Shown here: piece after piece, positions 1 through 11,590 of the stretch
Layout of the letters: each line of letters begins with the position of its first letter
Position numbering within the stretch: position 1 is the stretch's first letter
DNA from: Phoronis australis
Taxonomy: Eukaryota; Animalia; Phoronida
Assembly (NCBI GenBank): GCA_002633005.1
Contig: NMRA01000074.1
Location: 501,425-565,424, forward strand
Length of the DNA: 64,000 nucleotides
Direction of reading: 5' to 3'
Notes under the pieces: generated by a model
The model's input: the letters and a program-made list of their open reading frames with translations, nothing else
Databases searched by the model: none
What the model was told of the DNA's origin: nothing
Translations under genes and position numbers: made by a program

Positions 1-23
1 TGCTCTCGTCTGCTCTGGAGACA
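1..23 (+). CDS. Nrx-IV-like exon end (ALVCSGD, end of fibrinogen-like region)
   Basis: GACA|gtaagc donor, phase 1; joins exon 1431 in frame. Confidence 0.7.
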
Positions 24-3000
24 GTAAGCTTGGACCTAAGGAAATTGGAAATTCACTAGGTGGCGCTACTGAAACAATGGTTCCGTCAATAGAAATGAAG
101 GCATGCAGATCACGTGGACCTTGATTCCACGGGTGCTCCATTGCTGACAATCAACTTCCTGTTCGCTCTAATTTAGATCAGAAAACATCCATTCCTTCAT
201 TAGTGCCATTATGTGAAAATCAATTTGCGTGTTGTGATTCTCCATCTTGCTATAGTCGTTATTCGATATCAAATGTTTGCAAACACATAGTGTTCCGGTG
301 TTAATATTGCTCCACTACTGGAGGTACACTGCATTGTTTTATTTGATTATAGCCAGAGTCAACAGACTTGTAGTGAGGCAAGAAACATGATGTATCTTTA
401 TCTTACTTACCTTGCTTTCATAGTGATAACCTATTGATGCACAGTGGGAGCTAGTCTGAGGTTTCTGAGACCTTATGCTGGTTTCCACGTCCAGGGCTAC
501 GGACCTTGCATGTGCAAGAAAATGCAACATGGTTGTGAATTTGTCCCATATTTTGGCTAAATTTCAAACTGGCATCTGATATATTGGTGTGCAGTTTGAA
601 GCTGCTTCAAACCAGTGTTCTGTCAAAGGACTAGTAACTTTTGATTTAGACATGAGGAACCCAGTTGGGTGGTGATCGTCAGATGGTTGGAGTTTACTAA
701 TGTGAACACAATAGCCCATTGAAAAAGTCCTGCTGCTTGGGCTGATTGATCACCTTAGTATGTAGTCCTTTATGTCATAAAATTATGTGCCTGTTGGCAA
801 CCTAGCCAGCTGGCTCTCTATTGTGTTGGCAGGGAATGGATAATTGAAACTTGTGCTTCAGTTGACGCACTTAAATTAAATTTGGTTTTGGCTTTGATTT
901 TCATCTTTACTAGCTCCGTCATGGGCCACTTTTTGCTGTAAAACCTGTCTTATCTTGTTGTTTACTCTAATGAGGAGTGGTTGAACTCTGGTCTTTGAAC
1001 AATCTTAACTGATGGTGAATACTTGAGACCATACTCAGCGAATAAAGTGAGGTGACGCCATAAGCCAAGTACAACCTGGTCCCTGGTCAGTCTTTCGGAG
1101 CACCTCTAATTTGAGATAAGGAATGGGTTGAGACACTAAGTGGTCGAAATCAAAACTTATTTTTTGACAAAAGATTGGTTTATGTGTCTCTGCTGGTTGT
1201 TTGCAAAAAAATTGGTTGTGGTCACCACCTTGATTGAGTCACTCCTGCATGCTTTGCCGGTTCTTCTGATTCCCAGATATCATAGTCAACTTTCAGTTTT
1301 ATTATGGACCAAGTTAAATCCAATTATGTAGATGGAAGTTGTGTATTTCAAAAGCTGGTGTCATTCTCGCACTAATGCTGAAAATGGTTGTTAAACTGCG
1401 ATTGGTCAACATCCTTCTATTTCATTTCAGCTATCATAGAGCAGGCGGTGACCTTCCGTAAGGCGGATGCCACCATTAACTTGCCGCCGTACACTGCAGC
1501 GACGTCGGGTGATATTCGATTTGAGTTCAAAACCAAATCCACCACTGGCGTCTTCTTCCAAAACACCGGTGCTGTCCATTTCATTGAAGTGCGTTTAGTT
1601 GGTGAGTGTCACTGTTTGTAGTGATCAAGTATTATGAAATGCACATAGTTCGACTCTACATGGGCTTACTTATTAATGTTTTGTAAATTTTAGAGGTCTG
1701 AGTCGGAATCGATTTCTTCTTGAGTTCACCAGCCTTTCCAATGCTGTGAAAAAGCTTCTGTGGTGAAGAATGAAAGTCCAGATTTAGTGTTCCAGTTGAG
1801 ATGGAAATTTAAAAAAATAATTTTATTAGTTGATAAGTCACGTGATGAATTCTTGCTATCATAATGGAAAAATGAATGCGCTCTTTAGTTTTGCATCTTG
1901 AACAAGCAGTGCTGTGACATTGGTGTTTTTTTCACTCCAGAGTCATACACGATCGAGTTCCGTTTCAATGTGGGAAGTGGCATCCAGGTGTTGCAGGCAC
2001 GCGTCAGCTACCCGCTGAATAACAACAAATGGCACGTGGTCCACGTGGAGCGCAACCGCAAGCAGAGCACACTCATCGTCGACAAACAGTCGCCCCTCTC
2101 ACTGGAGGAGCCCCAGGATCAAGGCTTCCGTTTCCTGCGACTGACCAGCCCCCTGGTGGTCGGTGAGTGAACGCGAAGAATCAGGGTGCATTAACGATTT
2201 TATGGTTTGACGCTTATATTTCACTCCCGAGTTTGTTTCGAAACGCATTTCTCAGTGCCAGATAAAATTCTAGAATATGTAGAATGTAGGGTGAAATCAC
2301 TAGAAAATGCATATTGTTCTATGATATTTTAGAGTTACATTATGCATTGCAGCATTTATTCGCCAGGTAGAGTATCAAGATTTCAGGTGCAAAAAATTTT
2401 TTCCCTGTCTGCAAAGCGTGTTTGTTGAAATAGATACCCCCTGAAAAAAATAGGAAAAAAAATTGGAAAACTCTACATTCCATCGGAATTTTGTAATTCA
2501 CTGTCTTCCTGTCGTCTGATAATGTCAGTAAGCTTTAGATAACTCCGATGAAATTGATGGTAAACTACATGAAGAATGGGTATCTAACAAACTCTCTGAT
2601 CCTCACATTTGGCAGTCACTGGGTAACAAAATGCACTCTTGGCAGTGAAAGAATCATGTTCTGGACAGGTGTCAAAAACGACAGATCTTCACAGTCGTAT
2701 TTGGTCTTCCCAGTAACGTTATCGCATAATCGCATTTTTTCTGAAATTGGTTACAATAAAATGACAGGAATTTCCCTCACGACCTCATGTTTCCATGGTG
2801 ACTAGGAACTATCAGTCCCTCGTAAGCCTTAAAATCAGACCTAAACTGTAGAAGTGCCATCAGGTCAATATCTTAACTAGGTGTAGCCTGAAACAAAAGC
2901 TGATTTTTTACAGAAAACATGCAATTTTATCCGAATACCTTTGATTTGCACTGTACGTCTCAACCCAAATACCATCACACAACTTTCACTTGAAATCTAC

Positions 3001-6000
3001 ATTAATTAGAATTTACATTTTCTCATACCAGGTGCCTCAGTGGACTACCAAGATGGTTTTGTGGGCTGCATTCGCTCGTTTCAAGTGAATGGCATCTTCC
3101 AGGACCTGCATGGCATGGTGTCACGTGGAGAGGTGACCTATGGGGTCAGCCCAGGTACGTACTTTGAAACACACTGCAGAGAAGCTTAGTAGGTAACACC
3201 AGAGAAGGAAAATGGAAATCAGCAGAGAATAAGCTGAAAATCAGGAGACAAGTATCAATAAATCAATGACTTGGAAAACCTTTTCTTGTTTGGTATGCTG
3301 ATTTGTGATGAAAAGAAATTTCTTCAACTTTTGAAAACTACATCAACATCAAATGATAACAGAAATTGGAAACCTGAAAATCATCCATTTCTCACATTTG
3401 ATGTTCCAGTTTTTACATTTTTCTTGCTGTAATCATAACTTCGATCTTATATCTACCTTCATTTCTTGGCAGGCTGCATTGGTAAATGTGACAGCTCGCC
3501 CTGTCTTAACGGAGGTGGCTGCATTGAACACTACTCGCACTACGTCTGCGACTGTGCATACTCGCCATGGAGAGGAATCATTTGCGGCAGAGGTCAGTGC
3601 TCATCCGTTGACAAAACTAAACTTATGTCTCTGTAAATTACCGTATTAATTCTCTACCTATAATAGCACACAATATGGTGGACAAGTAAAAGTAAAGAGG
3701 GAAATGTCAGATTTGGTTTGCACTCTGTGGAGATGTTGTAAAGCAACACTTGGTAAAATGCCTTTCATTTGCATCAGCCAGATCGTTTTTGCTGCGAGGA
3801 ATAGCGGTTTTGGCGATTTTTGTGCAAAATAAGTGAAGAATTACGGATAGTTACTGAGTAGAGTTGTTGGACTGGTGTTAAATATTACACTTTCTCACCA
3901 AGTCGTCGTCATTGTTGCCTGTTTGGAAGAATTCTGGCAAGCAGTCTGGCGCAAAGGCATAACAGATATTGTGAAAGATATGGACATTTACCTGCGTTTT
4001 TCAAGTATGACGTTGTCCACTTTGTTTTGAAAGCAAGCGTACATTAGCTTACTTGTCTTTCTCTCCACAGAGGTGGGCGCCAACTTCCAGCATGGCCAGT
4101 TTGTCCGGTACGAATTCAGCTCTGGCAGCGGCCAGATAGGCACTAACAATGAGAACATCACAGTTGGCTTCTTGACCAAGGATAAACGTGGCATTCTCAT
4201 GCAGATCACCAACGCTGACAACACTGAGCATCTGTCATTAGAGGTCAACAACGAAGGTGGGTCTGGCATGTCTGCCTAGATGTTGGGTACAAGTATGTTT
4301 GTTGTTTGAGATGTTCACTCATTCTCGTTTATTCGGAGTAAAACTATGGTTGCTAGTGATTTGAGGCTTAAATAGTGTCATGGGTGAGCCCATTGCACAA
4401 ATCACGAGATTAAAACTCATGAGAACTTCCCTCCATGTAACCACTACATTTTTGTGCGCCCACATATGTATATCTGGGTGCATTATGCCATCATCCTTGT
4501 CCTTTCGTCTGTCTGTCTGTTCAGTGTATGGCATCCGCTGCGGATGGATCCAATTATAGGTGTGCCCCCTAGAGGAAATTTTATTCTTTTACATTTACCT
4601 CGGCCTGTATTTCTGACTTTCTTAACGAACATTCACAAAATTTGGCATATAAGTATCAGTCAGTGAGATGACTCCACCTTCCCATTTTAGGATGGATTGA
4701 AGGTACGTTGCGCCACCTAGTAGCCCTTTTTTGCTGTTTTCGCATCGTTCCCTCTATCAGCCAAACCAAACCAAACTAAGGTTGATAATGGAAATGCGCA
4801 TGCCTGTTCCTACTGTAAAGAGAATGGTTGGCGATGATTTTCTGCTGTTTCACCTAAACGCCTGCAGGGTCTTTGTGAAATTTGACAAGTTTATTTCTAT
4901 GAATGAATGTAACAACTTAGTACCAGTTTTGATATTTTAACGATCCTGACAGGCATGTTCCTAGGAGCGCATTTCTAACTTGCTATGCACCTCCTAGAGG
5001 CTACTTTAAGTTTGCTCACATTGCTCCCTCTAGTGGTCATGTTTGAACTAGTGGTCATTACTTATATCTGCAATATATTCTGTGCACACTGCAGTTGATC
5101 AGTGGTTTAAATTTGAGCAAGCACTGTCTTGCGCCATCTCTTACATTTCAGACAAGTGTTGATTAGAAATAGAATGTTGTCCATTAAGATCGTCTTCCTT
5201 TTTGCACGTTTGAATCTTTTATGCATGTTTACCTTTCCTAATTAGAGTTGAAGAGTTTTCATACATACTTGTTGGTGTTCCACAGGTAATCTACTGTTTG
5301 CGTTCCAAGTTAACTCCAAGGTGCGCTGGCAGGTGTCGTCTGACATCCCAGGCGTGGAACTGGCCAATGGTCAGCAGCACATAGCCAGAGTCCGCCGCTC
5401 CAACAATGGTCAAACAGTCACAATAAAAGTAAGTGGGAGGATGCCATGGGTGTGCATGCGGGTGAAATGGGTGGGCTTAATGTAGCTATCAAAAATCTGT
5501 TTATTATGAGCTGTCGTACATGACCAGTCGTGTACAAGTTCAACGGTTTGTTTTTGGAGTATGCTACAAAAAACATCAGTTTCATTCAGTGAGCTTTAGG
5601 TGAAGTACTGAGGCTTGTGTTGTGCATGAACAAGAGTCTTCAACAGACAGGTTACTTGAAGTCACTCTCTAAGTGTTTCTAAGGAGTCCGCTAATGCCAA
5701 ACCCATTAAATATACAATGGTAGCAAATTGGCGGTAGTTTTTATTATTAACCGTATGTTCTTGTTTTGGATTCGTATTTAATCTGAGGACAATGTATTTT
5801 CTGGGCCAATTTTGATGCTTCTAAAACAATCTCGGAATTACGTTTGCTGGATGGATTTAAATGTGTGAAAGCAAATGTAGGTAGACACGATGATTCAGTA
5901 TTGTCATGCGAGGTTGGTTTGTAACACGAGTCGACCAAGTGTAAACAGGAAGTCCACTCTTAGCATAGTGCTTTGTCCGCTTCTGCAACAAAGGAGTGGG

Positions 6001-8291
6001 TCAAGTTGAGATGAGCATGAAATGTTTGCCAGGTGATGCTCTAACAGTACGTGAATTGGTGACTAGAACTAGATTGATTGGTTGCTTGTAATTTGTGATG
6101 TCTTCTTGCAATTTGTGATGTCTTCTTGCAATTTGCGATGTCACTTGATTATTCACTGCATAATGTAAATCTGCACAGGTCGACGACTATCCTGAGAAAG
6201 TTCAGACCTTCGACTTTGGTACAGGTGGCGACACCAGTCTGGATCAACCCAAGTACATCTACATGGGTCGCAACGGTAAGCATCGATTTGGGTTGGGCTC
6301 TAGTCCCGTCACTGCTGCGAATGTATTTGAACTTGCTTTACCAGAAGCTATTATTATTAAACGGATGACATGTTGTCTTGCTGAAATATGAAAACGTATT
6401 TAACTGACACAAATTCTCAGGAAAATATTGTGTGACTAACACTTTGGCAAGTTGTCGGACAACTGTGTGGAGAGGCTGTTTGTGAATCCGTTTTGTGACG
6501 CAGCGAGGACAGGGTTTTATCTGAGCAATGCCTTCCTCTTTCCAGGGAAGTATTCATTTCAGAAAAGATAGTGGAAGCAGTTTTGTGCAAAATCATCAAA
6601 TCCTGGTTTAGTGTTCCTTTAAGTGTCTATAAATCTGTGTTTTGTTCGTAGACCACTCACCTCTATAATATTGTCTTTGACTCATGCCTGGCTTACTCAG
6701 ATAAGATAAGATGCAAAGAACTGACATGTTACTCATTCAGACTGTGCTCGTTTCATTTAAAGAAAACTCCATGGCAAACCCACTCTGACATTGAACCTAA
6801 TTTAAAGCAGCAACAAATTGTCATACAAGTTCTGTCTAATCGGTGAAATTTGTCTCCAGTTTGATTTAGGAAATTTGAGAAGTGGCTAAAATTGAGACTT
6901 GGTAAATTATAATCATGATATAGTTTATTCACTACTGAACACTTTTCAATGGATCCTTGGCAAGTTTTGTCTACTGTTGTTCAGTTTTGATTCAATTAAT
7001 ACATGTGGTATCAACTAGGTGGTGCTATAGATGAAAGTGTCTGCTTTTTAGTACCTTCTTATGGAAAGAGAAAAGAGCTTTTCACCTTCATGGTAGTAGA
7101 TATGGGATAACGGCCCCACATTAAAACCTGAGGCATGCTTTCATTGGTGAACCGTTGTTTCACTAGCGCCCCTATTGATTTTTGAGTTATCACTGGACAA
7201 ATGTTTTCACCTTCTATCATGTTTCAGGTCTGTGTTCCGCCCCCTCTTGTTCTGCAGTCAGCACAGCTCTAACTTTTACACAATTATTTCACCATAAATT
7301 TGATGAAACTGGACAGCTTAGCCAAGATTTCATCCAGTTTTTAGAAACTATCGGTGATCGTATGAATTTGTGTTGTCTTCCAGCGTCCATCACTCCTGAT
7401 AAGGGTTTCCGTGGCTGCCTGTTCAGGGCTATATTTGACAACCTGTACCCTCTGAAGGATGCCTTCCGTGACCCGAGGCCACCTACTATTTCATTTGGCA
7501 ATGCTCAGGAATTTCCTCGTAAGTATAGTCTACACACAACATTACTGTGGTTCCCACCTGCCATTACAAATGTAACGTAAATACTCATTTTGATGTATTT
7601 TAGAAATTTTTTCAAGATTTTGAATCTTGGGACTGCAGGAAAATCAACTCGTGCACTTTTTTGTATTTAGGCGTAAAACAGCACGCCTAGATTTGAATAC
7701 AATTAACTTGTTTGTGATAAAGTCAATTTTCCGTTGTTTGGCTATGGATTACTTTCAGTTGTTGCTTCGGAGCACAAAAATCCATCTGCATACCAACAAT
7801 TAGGTATTAACTAACTCTTCAGTCATCTACAGCAGTCACCTTAATGAGCTGTAGTTATCCTGTGCAGCTTTTGGCTGGCATAATGTCCCAACTTGCAGAA
7901 CCCTGGTGGCCCTTGTGAAGTTTACTAACACAAAGCATCTCGACTGGTGCTCTCGCAAGAACGTCAGAAGTTGCGTTGTTAGTCAGTTACCACCCTGGTG
8001 TAAACAGATGTACCCTTCAGGTTGACCGTTAGTGTTTAACTTTGGCACTATACCTTTAACTACACGAGTGTTTAATATGCAGTTGTGGAGGACATGTGTG
8101 GCTACGAAGAGATCATGCACCCCCCTGATGAGATAGAGATCCGACCTACGCTGATACCACCCCCCACCATTGACCCGGAGAAGACGGGACAGACAGGGGA
8201 GAGTGTTGGCCTGTCAGCAACGAGTGGTGCTGTACTTGGAGGTAAGTGGTCATGTGATTGATTTGGTGATGATGACTTTTGATTCGTTGAA

Positions 8292-8343
<52 letters not shown>

Positions 8344-9181
8344 GTTTAAATTGTTCTGAAATGTCACAGCTGCAATCTTGTCAAGTCGTCGCAACGTGTT
8401 GTGTCATCCTCAAATATCTTGTAGATCTTAATTTCTGGAAATTTTCTGTAAGCAAGCTGTTTTTGTATTCTCGCGGTTCAAAATATTTCCTCCTCGTTTT
8501 CTGTGTCTCATTGCCTGAAGCTATGTTGTTTGTTTTTGAATGTGCGATTACGCAATATTTCTATTTGTGTGTATAGACAATGAGTAGATTTATGCGCAGG
8601 ATAAATTGATGAATACTGTATAGTATATAGTGCAGATTTGTCTTAAATGAGTTATCATTATCCTTGTCATTATCATTATTATTCAATTTGCCTTTTGATT
8701 AAAGCTATATTGAGCACTTCTCCGCCCGGTCAAAAGAATGAGGAAATAGAAATGGTTATACGGTTTATTACTACAAGGACCAAAAATAACAAAATGTTTT
8801 GTCCGTGCCAAGAACAATAAAACCATAAAAATAAGTTTAAACCTTATTTGATGACTAAATTCTTTTGTGACTCGTCGCAAAATTAATTCTAAATATGTGA
8901 CACTCGCCATTGTGTGAAATGGAGTTTCCTAAAGTATTAGTCGTATTACTGAAGCCACACTTGCTTTGCCCTTTTAAGTTCACCGTGTTTCTGTTTTGTT
9001 TATAGCGGTGATAGCCATCGTCGTCGTCGTACTGGTCCTGTTGGCTTTGCTGATATGGCGATACATGCGGTCGCGCAGAGGCGACTACAAGACAACGGAG
9101 GTTCTCAACGGGGGTCAGGTTGCCATGGGCGGCGCCTCGGCAACGCAGGAAGAGAGAAAAAAGAAGGAGTGGTACATTTAA
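1..9181 (+). CDS. Nrx-IV: Neurexin-IV / contactin-associated protein (CASPR2-like), 3' portion (~517 aa in window); exons 1-23,1431-1601,1941-2162,3032-3154,3473-3592,4071-4256,5286-5428,6179-6275,7384-7518,8083-8241,9006-9181
   Basis: Phase-compatible GT-AG exons translate to ...LVCSGD / LamG (RFEFKT..GVFF..WHVVHVERNRK..GFVGCIRSFQVNG) / EGF (CDSSPCLNGGGC) / LamG / TM / RRGDYKTTE (protein 4.1-binding-type motif) / KKEWYI* (PDZ-binding, cf. CASPR2 KKEWLI). The domain order is that of the NrxIV/CASPR family. Confidence 0.9.
1431..1601 (+). CDS. Nrx-IV-like exon, LamG part 1
   Basis: tttcag| ... G|gtgagt; IIEQAVTFRK..RFEFKTKSTTGVFF. Confidence 0.88.
1941..2162 (+). CDS. Nrx-IV-like exon, LamG part 2
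   Basis: ctccag| ... G|gtgagt; LNNNKWHVVHVERNRKQSTLIVD. Confidence 0.9.
3032..3154 (+). CDS. Nrx-IV-like exon, LamG part 3
   Basis: taccag| ... G|gtacgt; GASVDYQDGFVGCIRSFQVNG..TYGVSPG. Confidence 0.9.
3473..3592 (+). CDS. Nrx-IV-like exon, EGF domain
   Basis: tggcag| ... G|gtcagt; GCIGKCDSSPCLNGGGCIEHYSHYVCDCAYSPWRGIICGRE. Confidence 0.9.
4071..4256 (+). CDS. Nrx-IV-like exon, last LamG part 1
   Basis: ccacag| ... G|gtgggt; ENITVGFLTKDKRGILMQI. Confidence 0.88.
4691..4702 (+). CDS. candidate 12-nt microexon (GWIE) of the Nrx-IV-like gene
   Basis: ccttcccattttag|GATGGATTGAAG|gtacgt; phase 1-1 and frame-preserving between exons 4071-4256 and 5286-5428. Confidence 0.45.
5286..5428 (+). CDS. 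Nrx-IV-like exon, last LamG part 2
   Basis: ccacag| ... AAA|gtaagt; GNLLFAFQ..LANGQQHIARVRRSNNGQTVTIK; phase 1-0. Confidence 0.85.
6179..6275 (+). CDS. Nrx-IV-like exon, last LamG part 3
   Basis: gcacag| ... G|gtaagc; VDDYPEKVQTF..PKYIYMGRN; phase 0-1. Confidence 0.87.
7384..7518 (+). CDS. Nrx-IV-like exon, last LamG part 4
   Basis: ttccag| ... C|gtaagt; KGFRGCLFRAIFDNLYPLK. Confidence 0.87.
8083..8241 (+). CDS. Nrx-IV-like exon, Pro-rich stalk
   Basis: atgcag| ... G|gtaagt; EDMCGYEEIMHPPDEIEIRP..SGAVLG. Confidence 0.85.
8295..8343. repeat. (GAT)16 microsatellite
   Basis: Perfect trinucleotide run in an intron. Confidence 0.95.
9006..9181 (+). CDS. Nrx-IV-like last exon: TM, 4.1-binding motif and PDZ tail
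   Basis: ttatag|; AVIAIVVVVLVLLALLIWRYMRSRRGDYKTTE..KKKEWYI TAA. Confidence 0.92.
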
Positions 9182-11027
9182 CAATGATTGACAGGTTGAT
9201 GTGTTTACACAGATGCAGTCTGTGTGTTTTCAGTGTTTGTGGAGGCAGAGGTTGCATTTGTTTGCCGGTCTCCCTCGGCTACATGGAGCTTAGTTTTTTC
9301 TAATGCATTCTTTCACAGCATTGCTTTCACTTGTTAATTTTGAGTAAACTTTGTAAACTAAAGATTGATATTGAAGGCACCGAACTGTAATTGAATGAGT
9401 GAAATTAAAGGCTTTTCCAGCACTAAAGGATTGTAACTATGGTACAAGATAAAAGTAATCAGACAGAATAATATTTTCGCACCATAACGCGTAATTACGT
9501 TAACAGCAAAAAAGACTGGTAATAAATGTTACGATGACAAGATTCTATTTGCAAAATGGTTTAGCCACCATGATAACTTTTCCTTTAATTCACCTTCTTT
9601 CTCGATCACGAGGTAAGACTACTCTGGTAATGAATTTGGCTTTCCACCCAGTCGTCATGACCAAGAATTTGGTGTCATCTTGTCTGAATACTTTTGACTT
9701 TTACTGTATTAGGTCAGTGTTGGTTAGAAACTCTTTATTTATGTACCGTGCCGTTAATAACTTTTCATTCAAAATTTTAGTTAGAATTTTGGGCCCGCCG
9801 AAATACGTTTGTTGTTTTCTGTAAATAGTCTGTTTTGCCATTAGCCATAACAGTACCATTGCTGCCCTCTTTGGTCACAGTGGGCCGTGATTGTTGTGTG
9901 GCCCCAGTCACTGCCCTGATGGTCTGTATTGAGGGATAGTAACAGTTCTGTAATGAGTAGCCCAGTGCCTTCATTGGCAGCAGTGCAGTGAATTTCGGTC
10001 TACAGAGTGAGGCTATTGAAAAGATTTTCATCCTGGTGTAAATATCTTTATTCAGCAGAATCTGTCGCTATGTGGGTTGTTTATTGTGTTACATAAAATC
10101 CTATACCCTTATTTAATTACATTCCAGTCGGATTGTTTTTATCAGATATTTGAGTAGTGATTAATTTACATTTGTAATCGTATCAGTGATATGTTGAGCA
10201 CGTTCAATTTTTGTGATATTCTTCAGTGGCCATGAGTCCATGCTCATTTGAAGTGCATGCTTACATCGTCTGACGAATGATTAAAGAAAATATGGTGCCC
10301 CTTTGTTAATTACATACTTCTTTACTAATGGTCACCATTTTTCGAAGGTGTTGTAACTCCTTGGTGCAGTAGCTTTCAAAATAAAGTTGGTGAATTTAAT
10401 GTGTATGACGAAAATTCGCAAAGATATGGTAGTTTCCTTGGAATTCGTTTGGCTTTGTCAAACTTATGGCAATAACCCAGAAACATTACATTAAATTATT
10501 TCGTCAATTTTGGTCGAGAAGGAATGCTGCCTACATTTTTTTTTTTAACTGCTGCAATTGTGTAGATTTTGATAAGACATCATCATCTTTTTGAAAGCTG
10601 CTCTACATTGTGTTTGTAAAAATCCTGACCTATAGTGTTTCATTACTCTTCAGTTTTTCTTAAAAGTCAGAATTTCAAAGTCTGATGTGGAGGTTGCCAT
10701 GACCTCGACAGGCATGATAAATGTCGCACCAACTTACTAAAACTATTCCTGTATTGTATTACATTTGAATGGGTATCTATATTTAACAGTGGAGCCCCGT
10801 TTTAATGGCAGACTACACCCTCAAAAACTCGAGAATTTCCTATTGAATATTTATATAGTCATGTGTCCCCATTTCAGTATTTTCCAAATATGTGGAAAAG
10901 AGGAACAGTCCCTTTTGGATTAGCAATATGTGAAAATAACTTATCCATAGACATCCGACATATGTTTCAGTGTTCATCAAGGAATTGACAAAATAGTTGT
11001 GTTCACTTGGTTGATCCTTGTATTTTT

Positions 11028-11033
11028 AATAAA
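11028..11033 (+). terminator. candidate polyadenylation signal of the Nrx-IV-like gene
   Basis: AATAAA about 1.85 kb after the stop, at the end of a U-rich UTR-like stretch; another AATAAA at 10380. Confidence 0.35.
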
Positions 11034-11590
11034 ATCTTTCCATAAAAGTCATGCAAAGATGTACCGTTTATGACAAAGTATGAAATAACATATCCTAGCC
11101 TTTTGTTGGAGAATATTTCTAGCTGATGGTTAAATGTATTTAGCTTGTAGCTTTTAGATATTCTAATTGTATACATTTTACACTTGTACAAAGTACAATA
11201 TATTTGTATCTAAAACAGATGGTTTTGTTTACTTATTACTAAATGTAAACAGTAGTCCAGGTTGATAGTGTACATATGGGCGAGGCTTGTTCAATAACAA
11301 TACCCAGCAGGTTAACTTGCTTTTCATCCAGCAACAAATATTTACCAGTAATGAAACCACACCTAAGACTTTAAAGTCACTCACAATGCTACCTTAAAAA
11401 ACTCTCTAGGATTTTTAAATAGGTTAAAACCTTGTGACTGTTTTTTTTTGAAACACCACTTGAAAGCAGTTAGTACTTGATAGTCGGTGTTCGAGAGAGA
11501 GGAACCTTGCTAGAGTAACGTGACTGCTGGCCAGATACTTGTTCAACAAATGCAGCGTGGGTGATCTTGGGCTGGGGCTCTTGATGTTAG

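Noticed and set aside
8146-8394. Poly-His protein ORF
   Set aside because: Antisense reading of the (GAT)n microsatellite and a Nrx-IV exon.
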